From IMG/VR virus record IMGVR_UViG_2778261541_000003: a stretch of DNA of 8,059 nt, one strand, 5' to 3'. A program made the translations under genes and the position numbers. Each line of letters begins with the position of its first letter. Position 1 is the stretch's first letter. This DNA is from a virus. Taxonomy: Duplodnaviria; Heunggongvirae; Uroviricota; Caudoviricetes. The notes beneath the pieces were generated by a model. The model was not told where the DNA came from. It did no database searches and was given only the letters and a program-made list of their open reading frames with translations. Below, one piece after another: positions 1 through 5,696 of the stretch.

Positions 1-50
1 GGTCATCGGGCATTATCTGAACATAAAACACTATCAGTAAGTTGGAGTCA

Positions 51-587
51 CTACCAATAATGTAATATTATTGACTTACGTTGTTTTCTTGCTTCGTAGA
101 ATAAACGCTCTTGCGGCGATAATTTGTGAAAACTGCCGGATGCACAATATATGTTTTTTAACTTTTCGCTGGTTGCTTTTATTGTATCTTCTGAGATGTA
201 TTTTAGGTATTTATCCGTATAGATGTTGCTACTATAAGAAATTAATGTTTTGCTGTTGTTGTGATGTGTTGTATTTTTATCGTTGAAGTCTGTATTTTTA
301 TTTACTGTCATTAGGTTTTTAATGATTACATGTAATGCAATAGTCTCCCCATCATCAATTCCATATTTGATGTCATAGTCAGTATATTTATTTGTTATAC
401 CGCTTCCTGATAGCGGCACTATGTACTCTGAGAAAAATGAGTTTGCCGCGTGACCATCAAGAGCAATAGCAGTTTTTTTGTGGTAAAAATAAAACAATAT
501 TGAGAGAGTCAAAATAATAGCGACGCCTAATGCAACCTTTAATATAGATATGGTTTTCAAAATATCGCTCCTTGTTGTAACATACAT
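51..587 (-). CDS. Hypothetical signal-anchored (single N-terminal TM helix) protein, Asn/Lys/Tyr-rich, AT-rich gene
   Basis: ORF track 51..608 (-). Hydrophobic stretch ILKVALGVAIILTLSILFYFY followed by HKK. The track start at 608 is TTG with no SD. In-frame ATG at 587..585 chosen here; an alternative TTG at 560 is preceded by a strong AAGGAG (rc of 568-573) at 7 nt spacing and would give N-terminus MKTISILKV. No family recognised. Confidence 0.55.
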   Translation of the reverse strand: MYVTTRSDILKTISILKVALGVAIILTLSILFYFYHKKTAIALDGHAANSFFSEYIVPLSGSGITNKYTDYDIKYGIDDGETIALHVIIKNLMTVNKNTDFNDKNTTHHNNSKTLISYSSNIYTDKYLKYISEDTIKATSEKLKNIYCASGSFHKLSPQERLFYEARKQRKSIILHYW

Positions 588-650
588 CAGTAATGTGGCG
601 TTTTTCAATTGTATTAAAGACGTGTAATATGTACACGCCTTTTGTTCTTC

Positions 651-1082
651 CTATTCAGGTATTTCAATTCCAAAACCATCTGCATCCCATGAGTTTTCAC
701 AGATGATGTAACCTAGTTCATTGAGCTTATTAAATGTTTTTTCAAAGATGATCTGGTAATCATTATCTGCAAGTGATTCCAGTTCAAGGTCATTAAGGTT
801 TATATAAAAACTTGTATGTCCAAGTGTTATTTTCTTATTGATTTCATTAAAAGTTCTTTTGAAAATAATATTTGATATTTCATGCCGTGCATTGTTTGCA
901 ATAATTTTTGCTTCATAAGCAGAAATTACGTCATCTTCATGAATATCTTTCAGAAAGCTGGTGTCAAGACGTTGTACTATTTCAGCGTTCATTGAGCGCT
1001 TATTGGCTTTTGCAGAAATTTCTATTTTTTCTTTTACTTCAACGGGAAGTCTGATCCTTAGTTGTGGATCTTCTCTGCTCAT
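651..1082 (-). CDS. mnt: Mnt-like ribbon-helix-helix (Arc/MetJ superfamily) repressor with an extra ~95-aa C-terminal domain of unknown function
   Basis: ORF track 651..1112 starts at TTG; in-frame ATG at 1082..1080 preceded by GGTGA. N-terminus MSREDPQLRIRLPVEVKEKIEISAKANKRSMNAEIVQRLD aligns closely with P22 Mnt as I recall it (MARDDPHFNFRMPMEVREKLKFRAEANGRSMNSELLQIV). Divergent from an arc-ant pair as in P22 immI. Confidence 0.8.
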   Translation of the reverse strand: MSREDPQLRIRLPVEVKEKIEISAKANKRSMNAEIVQRLDTSFLKDIHEDDVISAYEAKIIANNARHEISNIIFKRTFNEINKKITLGHTSFYINLNDLELESLADNDYQIIFEKTFNKLNELGYIICENSWDADGFGIEIPE

Positions 1083-1119
1083 GTTCTTCACCAAATATTG
1101 AGTTACTTGCAATGATTGA

Positions 1120-1188
1120 AGTATGCCTCACCGTGTGCTTGACATCAATGACGCACGGTGTGACAATTGTTTTGCCCCACGGTGGGGC
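1120..1188. promoter_or_regulatory. Divergent promoter/operator region between the mnt-like and arc-like genes
   Basis: Plus strand: -35 TTGACA 1139-1144, 17-bp spacer, -10 GACAAT 1162-1167. Minus strand: -35 TTGATG (rc of 1143-1148), 17-bp spacer, -10 CATACT (rc of 1120-1125). 15-bp perfect palindrome GCCCCACGGTGGGGC at 1174-1188 sits at the predicted rightward start site and shares the CCACGGTGG core with the P22 Mnt operator as I recall it. Inverted 7-mers CACCGTG (1129-1135) and CACGGTG (1154-1160) flank the overlapping -35 elements. Confidence 0.5.
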
Positions 1189-1202
1189 TAAGGAGATATG
1201 AA

Positions 1203-1370
1203 ATGCAAAAAGCAAAAGAGATGTGTCAACGACGAGTTCGTTTTCCGGACGATGTGAAGTTAGCTATTGAAAGAAATGGCGAAAAAGAATGCCGAAAGTT
1301 CAATACAGAGATTATCTATCAGCTGAGGAAAGTGTATGGACTCACTGGTGAGAAGAATAGCGTGGCATAA
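1203..1370 (+). CDS. arc: Arc-like ribbon-helix-helix transcriptional repressor (55 aa)
   Basis: ORF track 1167..1370 starts at TTG; in-frame ATG at 1203 has AAGGAG (1190-1195) 7 nt upstream. RRVRFPDDVKLAIERNGEKECRKFNTEIIYQLRK resembles the P22 Arc RHH fold (FNLRWPREV...ENGRSVNSEIYQRV). Size and position (immediately upstream of ant) match arc. Confidence 0.75.
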   Translation: MQKAKEMCQRRVRFPDDVKLAIERNGEKECRKFNTEIIYQLRKVYGLTGEKNSVA

Positions 1371-1442
1371 AACAGCGAAGCCCAACGGTGGCCAGACCGT
1401 CAGGGCTTCAGTATCGTAAAACTACGTATAGGAATTAACGAC
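1367..1442 (-). ncRNA. Candidate sar-like antisense RNA covering the ant ribosome-binding site
   Basis: Minus-strand sigma70-like promoter (-35 TTGATA, 17-bp spacer, -10 TATACT) predicts a start near 1441-1443. The transcript would be antisense to the ant SD (AGGAA 1430-1434) and end at a minus-strand hairpin GAAGCCC...GGGCTTC (1377-1409) followed by GCUGUUUUAU. Predicted length ~75 nt, comparable to P22 sar (~68 nt, from memory). Confidence 0.5.
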
Positions 1443-2387
1443 ATGACGAGTATAGCAACAGCGGTATCTACTATCAACGTGCCATTCCACGGCGCAGAAC
1501 TTTATGTTGTCAATCACAACGGAGAACCGTACACCCCAATGAAACCTATCGTTGAAGGCATGGGTATGGATTGGGCTTCACAGTTTACGAAAATGAAGCA
1601 GCGGTTTAAAACCTGCATTGTGAAAATCACAATGCAGCTTCCTGGGGATGAACAGCGCCGTGAGATTATTTGTTTGGCACTTCGCAAACTTGCTGGCTGG
1701 TTGCAAACCATCAGCCCTAACAAAGTCCGCCCTGAAATCCGCGACAAGGTAATCCAGTATCAGGAAGAGTGTGACGATGTTCTCTACGAGTACTGGACTA
1801 AAGGCCATGTGGTTAACCCACGCAAAGCTAAAAAGGCGTTGCCGGGTAAAATAACCACTGAACAGCAGGAAGCCATTAAACAACTCGTCATGAGTCGCGG
1901 TCAGTCTCTGCCAAAAGAAAAACAGGCTAAGGCGATGATCACCATGTGGTCGTCACTGAAATCTCATTTTGGCTGTTCGTACAAAGAAATTGATGAAGAT
2001 CAATTCGCCGAAGCGTTGTCTCTTGTTGCTCGGGTTCCGCTTGAAGGGGAGCATCTCCCTGCTGGATCTGCATCAGAGAATGATGAAGTGGCAGTCAAGA
2101 TGTTAGATGCGCTTCGTGAGGCAATTAAAACACAGACAAAATGTTATGGTTATCCGCTGAAGCCCGGCTACCGCAGTCTGATTCATTCGCCGTCTGGTGT
2201 TCTCGGCCTGACGGAGAACTCACTGCTGATGAATCTGCTTAACCAGTTACAGGACGACGGGCACGATGTATCGGGCGCGGCGGCGGAGCTGACCACCATG
2301 TTCTGCTACATCGTCGGTGTGAGCAAATGCCTGCGTGATATCCAGACCCACGCGGAGTACATCAACGACAAGGCTGGGTTCTTCTGA
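1443..2387 (+). CDS. ant: Phage antirepressor (Ant; P22-antirepressor-like N-terminal domain plus conserved C-terminal domain)
   Basis: 314-aa ORF; AGGAA 8 nt upstream of ATG. Follows arc as in immI. N-terminal region (...LAGWLQTISPNKVRPEIRDKVIQYQEECDDVLYEYWTKG) resembles the P22 antirepressor N-domain family as I recall it. C-terminal ~80 aa are shared with two other genes in the window. Confidence 0.88.
   Translation: MTSIATAVSTINVPFHGAELYVVNHNGEPYTPMKPIVEGMGMDWASQFTKMKQRFKTCIVKITMQLPGDEQRREIICLALRKLAGWLQTISPNKVRPEIRDKVIQYQEECDDVLYEYWTKGHVVNPRKAKKALPGKITTEQQEAIKQLVMSRGQSLPKEKQAKAMITMWSSLKSHFGCSYKEIDEDQFAEALSLVARVPLEGEHLPAGSASENDEVAVKMLDALREAIKTQTKCYGYPLKPGYRSLIHSPSGVLGLTENSLLMNLLNQLQDDGHDVSGAAAELTTMFCYIVGVSKCLRDIQTHAEYINDKAGFF
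1449..1477 (-). promoter_or_regulatory. Candidate sigma70 promoter for the sar-like antisense RNA
   Basis: -35 TTGATA = rc of 1472-1477; 17-bp spacer; -10 TATACT = rc of 1449-1454. Lies inside the first codons of ant. Confidence 0.5.
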
Positions 2388-2418
2388 CGGGCGGCGGCAC
2401 AGGGATGTGCCTTTAAAT
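2157..2418. repeat. Inverted repeat copy A (~260 bp, ~97% identical to rc of 3882-4141)
   Basis: Direct comparison: 2157-2418 matches the reverse complement of 3882-4141 with a handful of substitutions (e.g. cagtctgattcat vs cagcctgattcac; atcaacgacaaggctggg vs atcagcgacaaagcagga). Covers the last ~77 codons of ant plus its terminator. Confidence 0.9.
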
Positions 2419-2422
2419 AATT
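2396..2422 (+). terminator. Intrinsic terminator downstream of ant
   Basis: Hairpin GGCACA-GGGA-TGTGCC (2396-2411) followed by TTTAAATAATT. Confidence 0.55.
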
Positions 2423-2533
2423 CTGTACAGATTGCAGACTGTGGGTGAATAGCGTACTATTACCTCAAGGGTAAGAAAGCATTTTTAATCTTCCCTTCAA
2501 AACGCGTCCTGTAGCCAAACATGGGAGGACGAA

Positions 2534-3166
2534 ATGAGAACAAATACAACAAGAAAAGCGATGCCATACATTATCCCAGAAGCAGATTTCGATAGAAAAC
2601 TGAACATGTCTGAGAAGAACACTAGTCACACCGAAAGCTACTTAGCGAAAGGTGTGGTTGATTTCGTTCTTCCGGGATTCACAACACCTTATGGTTATCG
2701 CCTTGTAAAATCTTGTAATGGCGATCATTACAGAATGATTACTACCAGCGATACTCCAGAAACGGTGTATGCGGTTAAGTTAATCTTTCGGGAAGATATC
2801 GTCGAAGCCAAAAGAACATGTACGCAGATCATGGTATGGCGTACGCCTAATGTTATTCATGACCGTGCTGTTCATGGTTTGCCTCAGATTTTTTTTCAGT
2901 TCTTCCTAGAGCAATATGCGATCGTTGTATCTGATGAGCAACAAACAATCGATGGGAGGAGATTCTGGGAAAGAATGATTTCTTGGGCTATAAACACCCC
3001 GGGATATAATGTATACGTTTCAGATGGCTCTGAAGAAGATAGACCTCTTAGCTTCATGACATCATGGGATGATTTCTATAGCCAGTGGGCTGATTTCTGT
3101 TGGGGCAGTGATAAAGATGTGCATACCCACAGACTACTGGTTATAAGCAAAGATAAACTGCATTAA
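2534..3166 (+). CDS. Hypothetical protein (210 aa), cassette gene, no recognisable family
   Basis: ATG at 2534 with GGGAGGA SD 5 nt upstream; stop TAA 3164-3166; visibly lower GC than the flanking ant genes. Convergent with the 3187-3630 gene, sharing a bidirectional terminator. Confidence 0.7.
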   Translation: MRTNTTRKAMPYIIPEADFDRKLNMSEKNTSHTESYLAKGVVDFVLPGFTTPYGYRLVKSCNGDHYRMITTSDTPETVYAVKLIFREDIVEAKRTCTQIMVWRTPNVIHDRAVHGLPQIFFQFFLEQYAIVVSDEQQTIDGRRFWERMISWAINTPGYNVYVSDGSEEDRPLSFMTSWDDFYSQWADFCWGSDKDVHTHRLLVISKDKLH

Positions 3167-3169
3167 TAG

Positions 3170-3188
3170 AAGCCCGCGGCGCGGGCTT
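3170..3188. terminator. Bidirectional hairpin terminator between convergent cassette genes
   Basis: AAGCCCGC-ggc-GCGGGCTT perfect 8-bp GC-rich stem at 3170-3188, followed by TTCTTCTTCTTC on the plus strand; overlaps the stop codon of the minus-strand gene. Confidence 0.55.
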
Positions 3189-3630
3189 ATTCTTCTTCTT
3201 CATCATTAAAAAGCGGATTGTTGTTTCCATCTGATGAAAGGAAAGGTATGTGTTCTCTTGAAAATCCAACAATGACAATTTCATTATCATTTTTTGCATA
3301 ATGAATGCATTCATTAGAATGCATTCCGCCAGGGTTGAAATTTAAGTTAATGGTATAATTCTTAAATGTGTTTGGATACCATGTTGGCCCACAATGATAA
3401 TGCCAATAATTCTCTTGCTCATAATTGTCTGAGCCGGGAATTTTATCATGGTTATCATCAACCCACGAGGGCTTGTTTTTTCCAACAAGCGCCCTTCCAT
3501 TGGCAACATCCTCTAAAAACCTTTGTATGATTTTTATTTCATCATCAGTAAGGAAAGGTCCGTCTACAGCGAAAGGGGTGTTGCTTTCCCCATGTAGAAA
3601 ACTATTAGATATTCTAATGTTAAACTTCAA
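3187..3630 (-). CDS. Hypothetical protein (147 aa) with acidic C-terminal tail, no recognisable family; possible toxin or effector partner of the upstream small ORF
   Basis: ORF track 3187..3630. Start is TTG (rc of 3628-3630) with AGGAG SD 6 nt upstream; no in-frame ATG until residue ~103. Ends ...NDEEEE. Contains YWHYHCGPTWYP. Confidence 0.65.
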   Translation of the reverse strand: MKFNIRISNSFLHGESNTPFAVDGPFLTDDEIKIIQRFLEDVANGRALVGKNKPSWVDDNHDKIPGSDNYEQENYWHYHCGPTWYPNTFKNYTINLNFNPGGMHSNECIHYAKNDNEIVIVGFSREHIPFLSSDGNNNPLFNDEEEE

Positions 3631-3650
3631 GGAAAACTCCTGATGTGCTT

Positions 3651-3818
3651 CTATTTGGAGCGAAATGCCGCCTTGAAGTCGCTAAAAGATGTTCCTGTCT
3701 GGTAAACCATATCCTTGTCGCGCTCTTTGCTTGCGCGACCAAGCATAACTTTTCCAATGACATCCCAGCATTGCTTGGCTTGTTCATTGTGCTGAGTACG
3801 ATTTTTCAACGCTGTCAT
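3651..3818 (-). CDS. Small hypothetical protein (55 aa), first gene of a two-gene minus-strand operon; not in the ORF track (below its length cut-off)
   Basis: Hand translation of minus strand from ATG at 3818..3816: MTALKNRTQHNEQAKQCWDVIGKVMLGRASKERDKDMVYQTGTSFSDFKAAFRSK, stop at 3651-3653. Strong AGGAGG SD (rc of 3825-3830) 6 nt upstream. Stop lies 20 nt before the SD/TTG of the next gene. Confidence 0.45.
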   Translation of the reverse strand: MTALKNRTQHNEQAKQCWDVIGKVMLGRASKERDKDMVYQTGTSFSDFKAAFRSK

Positions 3819-3874
3819 ATCGCGCCTCCTTTACCTTTAAGGTAATATTACGCGAATCTACATCACATCGCCAA
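3819..3874 (-). promoter_or_regulatory. Candidate sigma70 promoter with palindromic operator for the 3651-3818 / 3187-3630 operon
   Basis: Minus strand: -35 TTGGCG (rc of 3869-3874), 18-bp spacer, -10 TAATAT (rc of 3845-3850), immediately followed by perfect 15-bp palindrome TTACCTTTAAGGTAA (3831-3845) over the predicted start site, then AGGAGG. Confidence 0.5.
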
Positions 3875-3879
3875 TGATT

Positions 3880-3903
3880 ATTTTAAAGGCACATCCCTGT
3901 GCC
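3880..3903 (-). terminator. Intrinsic terminator downstream of the second antirepressor (inside the repeat)
   Basis: Hairpin at 3888-3903 (GGCACA-loop-TGTGCC) followed on the minus strand by TTTAAAATAAT. Confidence 0.5.
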
Positions 3904-4141
3904 GCCGCCCGTCAGAAGAATCCTGCTTTGTCGCTGATGTACTCCGCGTGCGTCTGGATATCACGCAGGCATTTGCTCACACCGACGATGTAGCAGAACA
4001 TGGTGGTCAGCTCCGCCGCCGCGCCCGATACATCGTGCCCGTCGTCCTGTAACTGGTTAAGCAGATTCATCAGCAGTGAGTTCTCCGTCAGGCCGAGAAC
4101 ACCAGACGGCGAGTGAATCAGGCTGCGGTAGCCGGGCTTCA
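3882..4141. repeat. Inverted repeat copy B (partner of 2157-2418)
   Basis: Reverse complement matches copy A; covers the last ~77 codons of the second antirepressor plus its terminator hairpin. Confidence 0.9.
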
Positions 4142-4568
4142 GTGGGGCGCTGTATTCTTTTTTGTCTTCCAGCTTGATCGCCTCCATAATGGCGGGCATG
4201 AAGCCTGACAAGACCTTCTCCACTTTTGTTTCTTGTTGTCTTAAACGTTTCTCGCATTCAATGAAGTAGCGTCGCACCTGGCGACCTTTTTCGTTACGCT
4301 CGACCATCGCCAGCTCTTTGGCTGTATCAAGGGTGAGGTGGTACTCTTTGCGGTTGTGGCCGCCTCTACCAGATGTTTGCTTTCCCAAATTGGAAAGCAA
4401 AATATAGTCTTGATTTTCAATGAATTCGTATTCTGATATGCGATTTGTAATCCATGCTGCAAACACCTTTTTAACACCTAAAAAAGCGTGCAGATCGCGG
4501 GCATTACAAAGTAGGGCTGTTTCGTTAGATATAGTGCCGTTGAATACGGGGATGAGTTGAGCGTTCAT
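3912..4568 (-). CDS. Phage antirepressor, second copy: different N-terminal domain (Bro-N/ORF6N/Rha-like, tentative) fused to the same C-terminal domain as Ant
   Basis: 218-aa ORF; ATG at 4568..4566 with GGAGA SD (rc of 4576-4580). N-terminal part (...[33 protein letters not shown]...[32 protein letters not shown]) resembles phage antirepressor N-terminal families. C-terminal 77 aa are ~97% identical to Ant (1443-2387). Confidence 0.88.
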   Translation of the reverse strand: MNAQLIPVFNGTISNETALLCNARDLHAFLGVKKVFAAWITNRISEYEFIENQDYILLSNLGKQTSGRGGHNRKEYHLTLDTAKELAMVERNEKGRQVRRYFIECEKRLRQQETKVEKVLSGFMPAIMEAIKLEDKKEYSAPLKPGYRSLIHSPSGVLGLTENSLLMNLLNQLQDDGHDVSGAAAELTTMFCYIVGVSKCLRDIQTHAEYISDKAGFF

Positions 4569-4596
4569 GATGGCGTCTCCACTTAGCGAATTACAT

Positions 4597-4804
4597 CACC
4601 ACCGCTGAGACCAATCAGATGGTGGTGAACTGAACGGAGTTGGTCTTACCGGCCTAAGTGGTACCGGCGTCCTTTCGGACCCCCATTCAGCCCACCATAA
4701 TTCTGGCATGACTGTGCTATACGCATAAAAAAACCACGTCTGGCGTGGTATGCGCCACTTAGTAATCCGGGAGACCAATCCCGGCACTGGATTTTGCCAG
4801 TGCC
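4597..4804 (-). other. Hairpin-rich untranslated leader upstream of the second antirepressor
   Basis: H1 at 4597-4627: CACCACC-g-CTGA-[gaccaa]-TCAG-at-GGTGGTG. H4 at 4767-4784: CCGGGA-[gaccaa]-TCCCGG, same hexaloop. H5 at 4783-4804: GGCACTGG-attttg-CCAGTGCC. No convincing ORF in this ~400 bp (track ORF 4596..4928 rejected). Confidence 0.45.
4726..4749 (-). terminator. Candidate intrinsic terminator or attenuator within the leader (minus strand)
   Basis: Minus-strand RNA ACCACG-CCAGA-CGUGGU followed by UUUUUUU (plus-strand A-run 4727-4733). Sits ~160 nt upstream of the second antirepressor start codon. Confidence 0.45.
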
Positions 4805-4839
4805 CGATTACTATGGCACAAGAGGAGTGCAATGTAAAT

Positions 4840-4948
4840 TTACCGCAAAGGTAATGATAAACGCGAAGAAATATTAAAATCAACCGTATTTGGTTGATTG
4901 CGTTTAACGCTTGATCACCTGAAAGCAAGATATTACCTTTAAGGTAAT
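4840..4948. promoter_or_regulatory. Two palindromic TTACC-N5-GGTAA operator-like sites
   Basis: Site 1 TTACC-gcaaa-GGTAA at 4840-4854. Site 2 is a perfect 17-bp palindrome ATTACCTTTAAGGTAAT at 4932-4948. Centres are ~94 bp apart. Site 2 lies ~20 bp upstream of the start of ORF 4968-5696 and at the distal end of the minus-strand leader. Confidence 0.5.
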
Positions 4949-4967
4949 GTTATTGTGAGGAAAAGCA

Positions 4968-5696
4968 ATGGAAGTTTTCTGGATAGTTGTTGGTGTGGTT
5001 GCGGTGATTATTTACGTTATCAACCAGAACAAGACTAAGATCTCTGATCGTACGGTCGTTAATCATAACAAAACGATAAAGACCGAAGATGGGGAGATAA
5101 CGATTAATCGTACACAGGTGATAGAACACACCTCTACTCAGTTTCAAAAAACTGGAGGTAATGCGCCTAATATTTCCGCACCTCCTGCTTATGATAGTGC
5201 GGTAATCCAGACATATTATAAACAGCAGGAGTTAGCAAAAGAGAGGCAACTGATTCAGCCAAAGCCGTTTACAGCTGAGCTTCCACCTGGAGTGTCAACG
5301 CGTCCGGCATATCATGGAAGATTCCCTGGTGATGACATATCGTCTCAGTCATCTAAAAAAGCACCTCAGGCAGTATCAGAGCCAGCAAGAATACCTTCTG
5401 TATCGCCGCCAAAAGAAGAATCAGCTAACAGAGTTTCAAGTGGTAGCAAGCAGTGCTTGCGATGCAGAATAAACCTACCATATGAAAAATTCAGGAAATC
5501 GTCAAAAAATCCAGATGGATTGACTAAGTGGTGTGCAAGGTGTCTCGATGGCCCAAAGAATACACGCCATATGAAGTGGTGCCCAATTTGTAATGTCCGC
5601 AGAAAACGAACAAGCTTTTACCCTAATAATCAAAATGCGGATGGCTTAATGGCATGGTGCAAAACGTGCTGGGACGAGCACAAAGCGAAACGATAG
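4968..5696 (+). CDS. Membrane-anchored protein with Pro/Ser-rich linker and C-terminal tandem CxxC-N20-WCxxC (zinc-ribbon-like) motifs; function unknown
   Basis: 242-aa ORF; GAGG 7 nt upstream of ATG. N-terminal TM helix MEVFWIVVGVVAVIIYVI followed by NQNKTK (positive-inside rule suggests a cytoplasmic C-domain). Two Cys motifs: CLRCRINLPYEKFRKSSKNPDGLTKWCARC and CPICNVRRKRTSFYPNNQNADGLMAWCKTC. Terminator follows. Confidence 0.75.
   Translation: MEVFWIVVGVVAVIIYVINQNKTKISDRTVVNHNKTIKTEDGEITINRTQVIEHTSTQFQKTGGNAPNISAPPAYDSAVIQTYYKQQELAKERQLIQPKPFTAELPPGVSTRPAYHGRFPGDDISSQSSKKAPQAVSEPARIPSVSPPKEESANRVSSGSKQCLRCRINLPYEKFRKSSKNPDGLTKWCARCLDGPKNTRHMKWCPICNVRRKRTSFYPNNQNADGLMAWCKTCWDEHKAKR

Noticed and set aside
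71-286. 71-aa plus-strand ORF and the 3425..3643 and 4950..5147 ORFs
   Set aside because: Each is antisense or overlapping relative to a better-supported gene and has a Cys/Leu-rich low-complexity translation with no RBS.
1514-1883. Two minus-strand ORFs (1514..1747, 1578..1883) inside the ant gene
   Set aside because: They are antisense and nested within a well-supported 314-aa CDS with recognisable domains, and lack RBS. Typical shadow ORFs.
3645-3845. 66-aa plus-strand ORF
   Set aside because: No RBS, hydrophobic low-complexity product. The opposite strand carries a far better-supported small ORF (AGGAGG-ATG, 3651-3818) plus promoter and operator.
4057-4477. Minus-strand alternative-frame ORFs (4057..4257, 4241..4477) within the second antirepressor
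   Set aside because: They overlap the supported 218-aa CDS in other frames; no RBS and low-complexity products.
4590-4810. Possible tRNA or tmRNA-like gene in the hairpin-rich region (a common prophage integration target)
   Set aside because: No cloverleaf can be drawn: no 7-bp acceptor stem with a matching 3' end, no T-loop (TTCRANY) motif, and hairpin spacing is inconsistent with a tRNA. Kept as a structured leader instead.
4596-4928. 110-aa minus-strand ORF in the antirepressor leader region
   Set aside because: It starts at TTG with no SD, its low-complexity Trp/Pro/Arg-rich translation runs straight through the hairpins and the U-tract terminator, and no ATG or RBS supports it. The region is better explained as structured non-coding RNA or leader.
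4907-4967. Plus-strand sigma70 promoter for ORF 4968 read from the palindrome region
   Set aside because: Candidate hexamers (TTGATC...TACCTT or TAATGT) have poor -10 matches in either orientation. The palindrome is reported as an operator-like site without asserting a promoter direction.
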